DNA of 64,000 nucleotides from NCBI GenBank assembly GCA_030549815.1, contig JAUQQQ010000006.1, positions 59,450-123,449 on the forward strand, read 5' to 3'. A program made the translations under genes and the position numbers. The notes beneath the pieces are model-generated. The model worked only from the letters and a program-made list of their open reading frames with translations, searched no databases and was not told the origin of the DNA. Within the stretch, counting starts at the first letter, position 1; every line of letters begins with the position of its first letter. Of this stretch, positions 1 to 9,259 are shown one piece after another. The stretch comes from a bacterium. GTDB lineage: Bacteria > DRYD01.

Positions 1-295
1 TCTCAACTTTCTCATCTAAACTCTTCATATCTCTCTTGATGTTTTCTACATCTTGTTTTAAAACGTTAACATCTTGTTTTAAGATATTAACATCTTGTTT
101 TAAGATATTAACATCTTGTTTTAAGATATTAACATCTTGTTTTAAGATATTAACATCTTGTTTTAAGATATTAACATCTTGTTTTAAAACGTTAACATCT
201 TGTTTTAAATTTTGAATCTCTTCCTCTATTTTATCTAATTTATCTAATTTTTTCTTTATTTCACTTAATTCTTGCATGATTTGCTCGATATTCAC
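1..295 (-). CDS. Coiled-coil protein with tandem KQDVN(I/V)L heptads; runs off the window start (partial)
   Basis: Manual translation from GTG at 295 after AGGAAGGTG: MNIEQIMQELSEIKKKLDKLDKIEEEIQNL(KQDVN[IV]L)x7 KQDVENIKRDMKSLDEKVE..., open to base 1. Not in the ORF track. Confidence 0.8.
   Translation of the reverse strand, partial: MNIEQIMQELSEIKKKLDKLDKIEEEIQNLKQDVNVLKQDVNILKQDVNILKQDVNILKQDVNILKQDVNILKQDVNVLKQDVENIKRDMKSLDEKVE
48..208. repeat. 21-bp tandem repeat (ACATCTTGTTTTAAGATATTA), 7 full copies plus 1 partial
   Basis: Unit starts at 48, 69, 90, 111, 132, 153, 174 and 195. Five central copies are identical; the copies at 48 and 174 end in AAACGTTA. Confidence 0.97.
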
Positions 296-475
296 ATAAA
301 TCACCTTCCTATATAATTTTTTGTTTTGCAAATACTTCCATTTCCCATAATTAATTTTCTATGAATTACTTATATTCTCCTTTTGGTAAAAATTTTTTAT
401 ATAAAATTTTTTTGAAGGGGGAAATAAAATGGGAATATAATTTTAAAATAGGGTTTAATAATAGAAAAAGTTGAT

Positions 476-2254
476 ATGAGCTCGATAAGTTTTGGAAGGT
501 TTTATTACCATCAGTATTTCATAAATAATGAAAAAACCTTCCTAGCAAAAATTGACAACACTTTACGTGAAATAAAAAACTTAATAAATACTGAGATCAA
601 AGAATTATCTGGAATTATTCATGAGATAAAAAGTTATTTTGATTATGAAAAGGAAGATTTCAAAAGAAAGCATACTCTCGATTTTTTCAATAGTCATAAT
701 TACGACTCATGGTATAATTCAAAATTGAAAAGTGTCAATGAAATAGGAATAAAAATAAAAAGACTAATAAAAGATTTATCGTTAGAAGGAATTATTCCTA
801 ATAGCAAACAAAACTGCCAAAAATTAATTAAATTACTCCAAGAGTATCAATCAGATAGTCTTAAATTTACAAAAACTATTGAGTCATTGCAAAGCAAGAT
901 GGAAAAATTTGAATTACAAGAAAGAATGAACAATATAAATGAAAAGATTAAAAGTTTACAGATAAAAATTAATAATCCTTATATTTACGAATTTCTTAAT
1001 TTGTTAAGTTTTGCTTTCAAAGAAGTAACCCAGGAATTTGATCCTTTTTCTTTTGACTATAACCAAAAGAAAGACAAGAAATTAAAAAGAGAATTATCTA
1101 ATATTGAAAATTTCCTTGAAAATTTTGAACAGAGAATCACTAATTTTGAAAAATTACCGCTGGATAAAAAAGAAATGATATACAAACTTATTCAATTCTT
1201 TGAAAAATTTGGTGAACCAATTTATGAATACAAAGTTTTACAAAATTTTGTAAATAAACTTAAGAATGAAAAGTATGGGATTGAGATTGAAGAGCAATTT
1301 GCTTTAATAAAATCGCAACTTACTGAAAAAACTATTAAAATAAACACACAAGAAATTCCAGAAAAATCAAAAGAAGATGAATTAGGAATTAAAGTAAAAA
1401 ATTTAAAACGAAAAATAAAGGAAAAATTCCCACAGTTTTACGATGAAATTGAAAATAAATATTCAAATATTAAGGATTTAAAATTGCTCCTTGATTCTTT
1501 AGAGTTTGAATTTTTGAAATTAAAAAAACAGATTGTGGATGACTTTATTTATAGGCAAGAAATTGAAAATATCAAGAAAGAATTAATGGAGTTTTTCAAA
1601 TCATTTTCAAATTTTCCTGAAATTGGTAAACCTGTTTTTCTTGAATTCAAAACAAATTTTGAAGACATTATGAAGTCCATCGATCATTATTTGGCAAAGA
1701 AAAATGTGGAAGAAAAAGATTATATGTTAATAAAAAATAATGCTGATGAATTTATTCAAAAACTTGAAAGATTCTTATATCACTTAGAAAAAAAGAAAAA
1801 ATCACAAGAATTTAAAAACATTATAAAAGAAAAACTTAATGCAATTGGATACAGTGTGATCTTTGTTAATGATAAGGATGTGAGCTTTCTGGATACACCC
1901 TTTGATTTTGTTTATAAAATAATGTTGAAAATCGAGGATGATATTATTAAAGTCCAGTTTGTTAGAATTCTTGATGATAGTGAGACCTTGACGGAATACG
2001 AAAAACAAAAAGATATATACTATGCTGAAAGATGGTGCAATGATTATAAGAATTTATTAAATTTATTAGAAAAAAACGGGATTGTTATAAAACCTGAAAA
2101 CATCATAGAACCCAATCAAAGAATGAATTATTTATATATTTCTGAGCTTCCAGAATACCTTAGAAAACAGGCTTATGAATACTTTAAATCCTATCAAGGT
2201 AAGAAAACTAAAAGTATATCTGAACAGCAAAAATTTCAAGAAAAAATAGAATAA
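476..2254 (+). CDS. Long coiled-coil hypothetical protein with a C-terminal globular domain (ERWCxD motif)
   Basis: 592-aa K/E/I/L-rich ORF; C-terminus ...LNAIGYSV...KVQFVR...KDIYYAERWCNDYKNLLNLLEKNGI; 15 nt upstream of the kinase. Confidence 0.8.
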   Translation: MSSISFGRFYYHQYFINNEKTFLAKIDNTLREIKNLINTEIKELSGIIHEIKSYFDYEKEDFKRKHTLDFFNSHNYDSWYNSKLKSVNEIGIKIKRLIKDLSLEGIIPNSKQNCQKLIKLLQEYQSDSLKFTKTIESLQSKMEKFELQERMNNINEKIKSLQIKINNPYIYEFLNLLSFAFKEVTQEFDPFSFDYNQKKDKKLKRELSNIENFLENFEQRITNFEKLPLDKKEMIYKLIQFFEKFGEPIYEYKVLQNFVNKLKNEKYGIEIEEQFALIKSQLTEKTIKINTQEIPEKSKEDELGIKVKNLKRKIKEKFPQFYDEIENKYSNIKDLKLLLDSLEFEFLKLKKQIVDDFIYRQEIENIKKELMEFFKSFSNFPEIGKPVFLEFKTNFEDIMKSIDHYLAKKNVEEKDYMLIKNNADEFIQKLERFLYHLEKKKKSQEFKNIIKEKLNAIGYSVIFVNDKDVSFLDTPFDFVYKIMLKIEDDIIKVQFVRILDDSETLTEYEKQKDIYYAERWCNDYKNLLNLLEKNGIVIKPENIIEPNQRMNYLYISELPEYLRKQAYEYFKSYQGKKTKSISEQQKFQEKIE

Positions 2255-2269
2255 TAGGGGAGAAAGAGG

Positions 2270-5200
2270 ATGGAGGAAAATGAAAAGGAAGAAAAAAATC
2301 CGGAAGAGACAACAACATTAGAGCAAACTGTATTAGAAAAAACTATTCATCAATCCAAGATATTACAAAAAGAAGAACGAACAACTAAAAACAAAGAAGA
2401 GAGTGAGTTAGAAGGAGATTTTCATGAATACAAAATTGAAAAACAATTGGATTTTTTAGGAGCAGAAGCTGATTACTTTCTTTTAAGTAAAAATAACCAG
2501 TATTTTTTCTTAAAATATTATCGCAGGAATTATAAGCCAAGAAATTTTGAAAAAATACTTCAACTATCAAAAGAATTTCCGCAGCATATCATCCAAATTG
2601 TAGATTATGGGGAGCATAAAGGAAGGTTTTTTGAAATTCAGGAATACGCCGAATGTAACCTTAAAGATTTCTGTATTAAATATGAAGTTCAAAAGAATAT
2701 CGAGTTGATAGAAAAAATAATTAGTGAAATTACGGATGCCCTTTCTGCTCTACATAAAAGTAATATAATTCATAGGGATATAAAGCCACAGAATATCCTT
2801 GTTAGAAAGATGGATCCATTGGATCTTGTTTTGACAGATTTTGGGATTTCCTCTTTTGTAGAAGAAGATGTATCCAAAGTTTTGACAGAGAATGTTAGGG
2901 GAACTTTCCTTTACAGTGCTCCCGAGACATTTTCGGGATTTTTTGGAAAAGAAGCAGATTATTGGTCATTTGGAATGGTATTACTTGAAATAATAACAGG
3001 TCAAAATCCTTTTGCTTTACTTCCGCGGCAAGTAATAATGAATAACTTATTTACCCGTGAGGTTCCCATACCTGAAGATATTGATGAAATTGTTTATGGA
3101 CAGAAAAAAACAAATAGAAAATCTTTGAAAAAATTATTAATGGGACTACTTACAAGAGATCCAAGCTTAAGATGGAAGGATAAAGAAATATATACGTGGT
3201 TGAAAGGAGATGAAAATATAGAAGTTTTCTATGCTTTAAATACTGAAGATGAAAAAGTTAAAGAATACATAAATGAAGGAATAAAAAATGTGCAGAGTAT
3301 AAAAGAATGGGTAAAGTTAGGGATAACACCAAAATATGCAAAAGTTTTTGATAAAAAATCAATAAAACCACAAGAAATAGAAAAATTAATTTCCAAGAAT
3401 ATAAGCCTTGATGAAATAATAGTTTTTGTTGAAAAGGGTTATGAGGTAAATCAAATAATAGAAATATTGGATAATGGAATAAGTTTAAAAGAATATCTCG
3501 TTTGGCTTGAAAAGGGTTTTACTTTACAAGAAATTATAAAATACAAGAATAGTAATCTTAGTTTAGATGAGGCATTGGAATGGAAAAAACAATTGGCAAA
3601 TTTTAACCAAAGCTTATTGAAAATACCTGAGAATGAGATTATAGAATGGATAAAAAATGGATTTAATGAAGAGGAGATAATTGAATGGAAACAGACGAAT
3701 CTTAAACCTGAAATTGCAAAGGAATGGAAAAAATTAAGATTGTCTGCTATTGAAACAATTAAAATAAAACAAAAAGGTATTTCATTGGCAGAAGTTATAG
3801 AATGGAAGGAAGAATTTGAAAAGAACAATTTAAAATTTATTGTCAGTGATTTCTTAGAATGGCGTCAAGTTAAGGTTTCTTTCCAGAATGCTATAAAATT
3901 GATAAAAAGCAAAGTTCCTCCAAATATTGCACAGGATTTATTGGCAAGAGGCTTAAATGTTCAAGATATTATACAATTGGTAAATGAAAATATTCCATTG
4001 GTTTCATTAAAAAAATGGATAGATATGGGTTTTAGTTTGAATGATATTCCATATCTAATAAAGGGTAATCTGAGGGAAGAACAAATTCAGAGAATATTGG
4101 GAATGGGAATAAAAAAGGAATCCATTTTACAGTTAGTAAAAGGAAATATTTCATTAGATACTATAGAAGAAATTATCAATCAAGGTTTTACTGTTAAGGA
4201 TTTAGAGGATTTTCTACAATTACTTATTTTTGGTGTTTCCGTAAAGGAAATAGTAGAATGGAAGAAAAAAGGGTTTAGTGGATATGATGCTTTGGGATGG
4301 AAGAAACATGGATTTACTCCACAGGAAGCAGGGAAATGGAAAAATGAAAAATTTAATCCTTCAACGGCAAGATTATTAAAGGAGAATGGATTGTCAGTGG
4401 AGGAAGCAAAAGAATGGATATCTTGTGGATTTAATATTGATGAAATAGTGGAACTAAAGAGAAGAAATTTTTCACTGTTGGAAGCTGTTAAATTAAGAAA
4501 AGAATTATCAGATGCTGGAATATCTATAGAGGAAAAATTTGAATTGGAGATGTATGGTTTTACTATCTCTGAGGCAAAGAAATGGAAGGATGTAGGATTT
4601 AGTATTACAGAAGCTTATCAATGGAAAGAAATGAGTTTTGGACCTATTGATGCAATGCAGTGGAAAAAAATAGGCTTTGACCCTAATGAATCGATAAAGT
4701 GGAAAAGAGCAGGATTTACTCCTAATGAAGCAATACAGTGGATAAAGAAAGATTTTTCCTTAGAGCAAGCAAAAAAATGGAAAGAAAAAGGTTTTAATCC
4801 TGTAGATGCAAGAAAGCAAGAGTTGGAAATGTGGATATCACAAGGATTTACTAAGGATGAAATAAGTGAATGGATAAAGTGTGGATTTGACGTAATTAAT
4901 GCTAAACTTTGGAAGGAAAAGGGATTTACAGCAAGGGGAGCTATGGAATGGAAAAATAATGGGTTTTATTTAGAGGAAGCTTTTGAATGGTCTGGATTAA
5001 AGAATAATAATAATGCAGCAAGTGGATGCCTATTATTACTTTTATCTTTATTATTTCCACCTCTTTTGATTTTTTTCATTTTTTATTCTATTTCTTATCC
5101 TTTTAATCTTGATCTCTTAATTGGATTTTCCCCTTTGGAAGCAAAAGAATGGAAAAAATATGGATTCAATTGGGAACAAGCAGCAAAACTGCAAAAATCA

Positions 5201-5395
5201 AATGTTAGTCTTGAGGAAGCTGTAAAATGGAAAAATAATGGATTTTCTGTGGAAGAAACAATAAAATATAAAACGAAAGGTTATGATATAACCCGAGCAA
5301 GGAAAGAAAAAAAACTGTTGACAATTGTTTGGGTGGTTGTTTTTCTCTTATATTTCTGTTTTTTATATTTCTTTTGCAAATTTCTTGGTTGGTAA
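2270..5395 (+). CDS. Hanks-type Ser/Thr protein kinase with W-x3-GF repeats and C-terminal membrane segments
   Basis: HRDIKPQN, DFG, YSAPE and DYWSFG motifs; about 680 aa of EAxxWKxxGF-like repeats; two hydrophobic segments near the C-terminus. Confidence 0.92.
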   Translation: MEENEKEEKNPEETTTLEQTVLEKTIHQSKILQKEERTTKNKEESELEGDFHEYKIEKQLDFLGAEADYFLLSKNNQYFFLKYYRRNYKPRNFEKILQLSKEFPQHIIQIVDYGEHKGRFFEIQEYAECNLKDFCIKYEVQKNIELIEKIISEITDALSALHKSNIIHRDIKPQNILVRKMDPLDLVLTDFGISSFVEEDVSKVLTENVRGTFLYSAPETFSGFFGKEADYWSFGMVLLEIITGQNPFALLPRQVIMNNLFTREVPIPEDIDEIVYGQKKTNRKSLKKLLMGLLTRDPSLRWKDKEIYTWLKGDENIEVFYALNTEDEKVKEYINEGIKNVQSIKEWVKLGITPKYAKVFDKKSIKPQEIEKLISKNISLDEIIVFVEKGYEVNQIIEILDNGISLKEYLVWLEKGFTLQEIIKYKNSNLSLDEALEWKKQLANFNQSLLKIPENEIIEWIKNGFNEEEIIEWKQTNLKPEIAKEWKKLRLSAIETIKIKQKGISLAEVIEWKEEFEKNNLKFIVSDFLEWRQVKVSFQNAIKLIKSKVPPNIAQDLLARGLNVQDIIQLVNENIPLVSLKKWIDMGFSLNDIPYLIKGNLREEQIQRILGMGIKKESILQLVKGNISLDTIEEIINQGFTVKDLEDFLQLLIFGVSVKEIVEWKKKGFSGYDALGWKKHGFTPQEAGKWKNEKFNPSTARLLKENGLSVEEAKEWISCGFNIDEIVELKRRNFSLLEAVKLRKELSDAGISIEEKFELEMYGFTISEAKKWKDVGFSITEAYQWKEMSFGPIDAMQWKKIGFDPNESIKWKRAGFTPNEAIQWIKKDFSLEQAKKWKEKGFNPVDARKQELEMWISQGFTKDEISEWIKCGFDVINAKLWKEKGFTARGAMEWKNNGFYLEEAFEWSGLKNNNNAASGCLLLLLSLLFPPLLIFFIFYSISYPFNLDLLIGFSPLEAKEWKKYGFNWEQAAKLQKSNVSLEEAVKWKNNGFSVEETIKYKTKGYDITRARKEKKLLTIVWVVVFLLYFCFLYFFCKFLGW

Positions 5396-5509
5396 TGACG
5401 ATTAATAATAACCAAAATTAGGTTTTTTAAGTGGTAAAAAATTCGAGGAAGGAAAGGGAGGCTTTTTTGTAAAATAATAATTAAGAAGTTAATTTTTAGA
5501 GGGGTAATC

Positions 5510-7495
5510 ATGAGTGAAGTCAATTTTGAAAAAACTAAATACCTTAAATACATCGATTACCAAACTATAAAAGATTTAAACTATCAACAAATTTCTGTTT
5601 TATCTCAGGAAATAAGAGATTACATAACGGAGGTTATATATCACAACGGGGGACACTACGGGAGTAATTTAGGAGTTGTTGAACTTACTATCTCTCTTTT
5701 AAGAAATTTTAATCCCCCAACAGATAAAATAATCTTTGATACGTCACATCAATCTTATGTTTATAAAATCTTAACTGACAGGAAAGAAAAATTTAAGACT
5801 TTAAGAACATTTGGAGGGATTTCAGGGTTTTCAAAAATAAAAGAAAGCCAATTTGATCATTTTGGTGCGGGACATGCAGGCACAGGACTCTCTGCTGCTT
5901 TAGGATATGCAAAAGCCAGAGATTTAATGAATTTACAGCATGAAGTTGTATCTATCATTGGAGATGCAGCCCTAACTTGTGGTGTTACTTTTGAAGCTAT
6001 AAACAATATTGGACAATACCCAACAAAAATTATCATTGTTCTAAATGACAATGAATATTCTATAGCAAGGAATGTTGGAGCTATATCAATGTACCTAAAA
6101 AAATTAAGAAATAATCCTTTGGTTTTGAAAGTAGAGGAAAAAATTGACGAAGTATTAACCAAAATGCCTGTTAATAGCGTAATAAAAGAATGGATTAGAG
6201 ATACTAAGAATTGGGTTGAAGAAGGTTTTACTAAGTTGGTTTCCCCTTCACTTGTCGGAATTATCTTTGAGGAATTTGGAATTCAGTATATTGGACCGAT
6301 AGACGGACACGATGTTAAAATGTTAGACGAAGTATTCATGTTTGCTAAATCTTTAAGTAAGCCTGTTATAATTCATGCTATAACCCAAAAGGGTAAAGGT
6401 AATAGTGAAGCAGAAAGCCATTCTGAAAGGATGCATGGAGTTGCCAAAGGAAAAGTAAAACCAGGAAACTTTATTTATTTTAGCACCGATGAAGGGATGA
6501 AAGTGGATGATTTTACAAAAAGCAATAATAAAACTTACACTGAGGTATTTGGAGAATCAATCGTTGAATTGGCAAGAAGAGATGAAAAAATTGTTGCTAT
6601 AACTGCTGCTATGCCATCGGGAACAGGATTAGTAAATTTTTCTAAAATTTTCCCAGATAGATTTTTTGATGTTGGTATAGCTGAGGAACATGCTGTTATA
6701 TTTGCTTGTGGATTAGCTTTACAAGGATTAAAACCTGTCGTTGCTATATATTCAACTTTCTTACAAAGGGCTTTTGATATGTTAATTCATGATGTCGCTT
6801 TGCAAAAAATCCCAATTCTTTTTGTTTTAGATAGGGCGGGAATTGTTGGTGAGGACGGACCTACTCATCATGGAGTTTTTGACATATCTTACTTAAGGAT
6901 GATCCCAAATGTTCAAATTTTTGCTCCATCTAATGAAGTTGAATTAAGAAACATTTTATATACAGCACTCAATAAACTTGAAAAACCAACTTTCATAAGA
7001 TATCCACGGGATTTTGTCGAAGGATTAGAAATCCAAGATTTTCAAAAAATCGATTTATACAAGTGGCAAAAAATTTATGAAACACAGGAAAATAAGTCTT
7101 ACTCTAAAAAAGTAATGATTTTATCAACGGGAAGAATGAGGAGATTTATTAATTCTATTTCCAAAATTTTAGAAGAAAATGATGTGAATTTGAAAGTTTT
7201 CAATTGTATTTCAATTAAACCATTGGATGAAAATGTTTTAATGGATGCTAAGGATTTTGATTTAATCGTTAGTTTAGAAGACAATATATTAGCTGGGGGA
7301 TTTGGAAGTTATATTTTGGAATTCTTAAACGATAACGGAATATTTAAGAAAGTTTTGAGATTTGGATGGAATGATGAATTTATTGAACACGGTGCAATGA
7401 ATGTTTTATTTAATCATTATGGGTTAGAACCTGTAAAAATATCGGAGAAAATATTGGCTGAATTTAATCAGGCTGTTATTATAAAAAGTGGATAA
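5510..7495 (+). CDS. dxs: 1-deoxy-D-xylulose-5-phosphate synthase
   Basis: GGHYGSNLGVVEL, GHAGT, GDAALTCG..EAINN, YIGPIDGH, DVGIAEEHAV, DRAGIVGEDGPTHHG. Confidence 0.97.
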   Translation: MSEVNFEKTKYLKYIDYQTIKDLNYQQISVLSQEIRDYITEVIYHNGGHYGSNLGVVELTISLLRNFNPPTDKIIFDTSHQSYVYKILTDRKEKFKTLRTFGGISGFSKIKESQFDHFGAGHAGTGLSAALGYAKARDLMNLQHEVVSIIGDAALTCGVTFEAINNIGQYPTKIIIVLNDNEYSIARNVGAISMYLKKLRNNPLVLKVEEKIDEVLTKMPVNSVIKEWIRDTKNWVEEGFTKLVSPSLVGIIFEEFGIQYIGPIDGHDVKMLDEVFMFAKSLSKPVIIHAITQKGKGNSEAESHSERMHGVAKGKVKPGNFIYFSTDEGMKVDDFTKSNNKTYTEVFGESIVELARRDEKIVAITAAMPSGTGLVNFSKIFPDRFFDVGIAEEHAVIFACGLALQGLKPVVAIYSTFLQRAFDMLIHDVALQKIPILFVLDRAGIVGEDGPTHHGVFDISYLRMIPNVQIFAPSNEVELRNILYTALNKLEKPTFIRYPRDFVEGLEIQDFQKIDLYKWQKIYETQENKSYSKKVMILSTGRMRRFINSISKILEENDVNLKVFNCISIKPLDENVLMDAKDFDLIVSLEDNILAGGFGSYILEFLNDNGIFKKVLRFGWNDEFIEHGAMNVLFNHYGLEPVKISEKILAEFNQAVIIKSG

Positions 7496-7596
7496 AAAAT
7501 ATAAAAAACCTGATAATCTTTTGTTTTGTAGATTAATCTTTATCTTTAATTAGTAAGGGTTTTTTGTGCATTTTGTTTAAAGAATAAATAGGGGTA

Positions 7597-8046
7597 TTGA
7601 TGATTTTTGATAACTTTTTTTCTAAAATAGTTTTATCTGCTATATTTTTTATCATTTTGTTAGGTATATTTTGGGTTTATTCACCTTATTCAAGTGATAG
7701 AATTTACATGGATTTTCTTAGCCAAATCAAGTTTATCAAAGAAATTGTTATTAATGGTCATTTAGATAACGGAATAATAAAGGATATTTCTAATGTTTTT
7801 AATGTTACCTATTGGGATAAGGATAAAATCATTTTGCTTTCTTCCTATAAGACTGATATAACTCTATATTTAGGAAAGAATATCTATGCTGAGATTAAGA
7901 CTGTTAGTAACGATGGTGTTGTACCTGTTAAAAGTATAGTTGATGTTGATAGTTTTTTAGATGATGGATTACCAAATAGTGGTATTATAAAATCTTTAAG
8001 TTCCAATTATTATTCTGGATGTGTTATTGTCGTGTCATTAAAATAG
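7597..8046 (+). CDS. Small membrane-anchored hypothetical protein, possibly pilin-like
   Basis: N-terminal hydrophobic helix; C-terminal DSFLDDGLPNSG motif. Confidence 0.55.
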   Translation: MMIFDNFFSKIVLSAIFFIILLGIFWVYSPYSSDRIYMDFLSQIKFIKEIVINGHLDNGIIKDISNVFNVTYWDKDKIILLSSYKTDITLYLGKNIYAEIKTVSNDGVVPVKSIVDVDSFLDDGLPNSGIIKSLSSNYYSGCVIVVSLK

Positions 8047-8151
8047 TAATTTAGGTTTTTGAAAAACAGGGTAGTTTTGTTTTTTTGTAGAATATTTTAT
8101 ATTGTAGAGTGTAATGAAAGTAATTTTAAAAGCAATAATGGAGGTTAGTTT

Positions 8152-8532
8152 ATGGCTGTAAAGAGGAAAAAGAAGTTAAAAAAAGTTGGTAGCACGGGAG
8201 TAGCTCATATTCATTCAACGTTTAATAATACGATTATTACTATAACGGATGAGCATGGTAATACGGTAAGTTGGGCAAGTGGTGGAACTGTTGGATATAA
8301 AGGGACGAAAAAAAGCACACCTTTTGCAGCGCAATTGGCTGCAAGGCAGGCTGCTGAAAAGGCAATTCAACAAGGTTTGAAAGAGGTTAAAGTAATTGTC
8401 AAAGGTCCTGGAGTGGGAAGAGAATCTGCGATAAGAGCTCTTAGAGCTGCTGGTTTAGAAATAAGTGATATAAAGGATGCTACTCCGATACCACACAATG
8501 GTTGCAGACCACCTTCAAGAAGAAGAGTGTAA
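8152..8532 (+). CDS. rpsK: 30S ribosomal protein S11
   Basis: [45 protein letters not shown]; SD GGAGG. Confidence 0.99.
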   Translation: MAVKRKKKLKKVGSTGVAHIHSTFNNTIITITDEHGNTVSWASGGTVGYKGTKKSTPFAAQLAARQAAEKAIQQGLKEVKVIVKGPGVGRESAIRALRAAGLEISDIKDATPIPHNGCRPPSRRRV

Positions 8533-8600
8533 TATCACCGCTTGCTGGATAGAAGCGGTATATAAATTATCCAGCCCTTGTGAAAACAAGGAATATAGGA
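8533..8600 (+). promoter_or_regulatory. Structured RNA leader upstream of rpsD (pseudoknot plus GAAA hairpin)
   Basis: ACCGCTT(8537-43)/AAGCGGT(8553-59); GCTGGATA(8544-51)/TATCCAGC(8568-75); CCTTGT-GAAA-ACAAGG(8576-91), just before AGGA and the ATG. Confidence 0.6.
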
Positions 8601-8604
8601 AAAA

Positions 8605-9243
8605 ATGGGTAGATACATAGGTGCTAAATGTAAGCTGTGCAGAAGAGAAGGAATAAAGTTGTATTTGAAAGGGGAAAAATGTTTTACCGATAAATGCCCT
8701 CTGGAAAAAAGAAACTATCCACCTGGGCAACATGGATTTGTTAAAAGAAGACCCAAATTAACTACTTTTGGTGTCAGATTAAGAGAAAAACAAAAAGTTA
8801 GAAGAATATATGGTGTTAGTGAAAAAATGTTTAGAAAATATTTTGATGAATCAAAGAGATTAGCAAGGTTGGGTAAGGGATTTACAGGACAAAACTTATT
8901 AAAAATATTGGAAAGAAGGTTGGATAATGTTTTATATAGAGCAGGAATAGCAGTATCAAGAGCGCAAGCAAGACAAATTATTTCTCACGGATTTGTTTTA
9001 GTTAATGATAAAAATGTTGATATACCATCTTACTTGATTAAAATGGGTGATGTAATAAAATTTAGACCAAAAGTTTTGAATATTATTAAGGATCATTTAG
9101 ATAGTGCTAAAAATTCATTTATCCCTTCTTGGTTAAATGTAGATTTTAATAATCTAACAGTTAAAGTCCTTAGAGAACCGGAAAGAAACGATGTTGAATA
9201 TCCAATAGAAGACAACTTGATCGTCGAATTCTACTCAAGGTAG
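8605..9243 (+). CDS. rpsD: 30S ribosomal protein S4 (zinc-binding C+ type)
   Basis: CKLCRREG..KGEKC...C, PGQHG, LREKQK, LERRLDN, IVEFYSR. Confidence 0.99.
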   Translation: MGRYIGAKCKLCRREGIKLYLKGEKCFTDKCPLEKRNYPPGQHGFVKRRPKLTTFGVRLREKQKVRRIYGVSEKMFRKYFDESKRLARLGKGFTGQNLLKILERRLDNVLYRAGIAVSRAQARQIISHGFVLVNDKNVDIPSYLIKMGDVIKFRPKVLNIIKDHLDSAKNSFIPSWLNVDFNNLTVKVLREPERNDVEYPIEDNLIVEFYSR

Positions 9244-9259
9244 AGGAGGTTAATTAAGT

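Noticed and set aside
48-208. 21-bp repeats as a CRISPR array or iterons
   Set aside because: The units are contiguous with no spacers, are a multiple of 3 and encode a heptad; no cas or rep genes are nearby.
388-411. Inverted repeat AAAAATTTT-N6-AAAATTTTT in the divergent promoter region
   Set aside because: Pure A/T sequence, expected by chance at this base composition.
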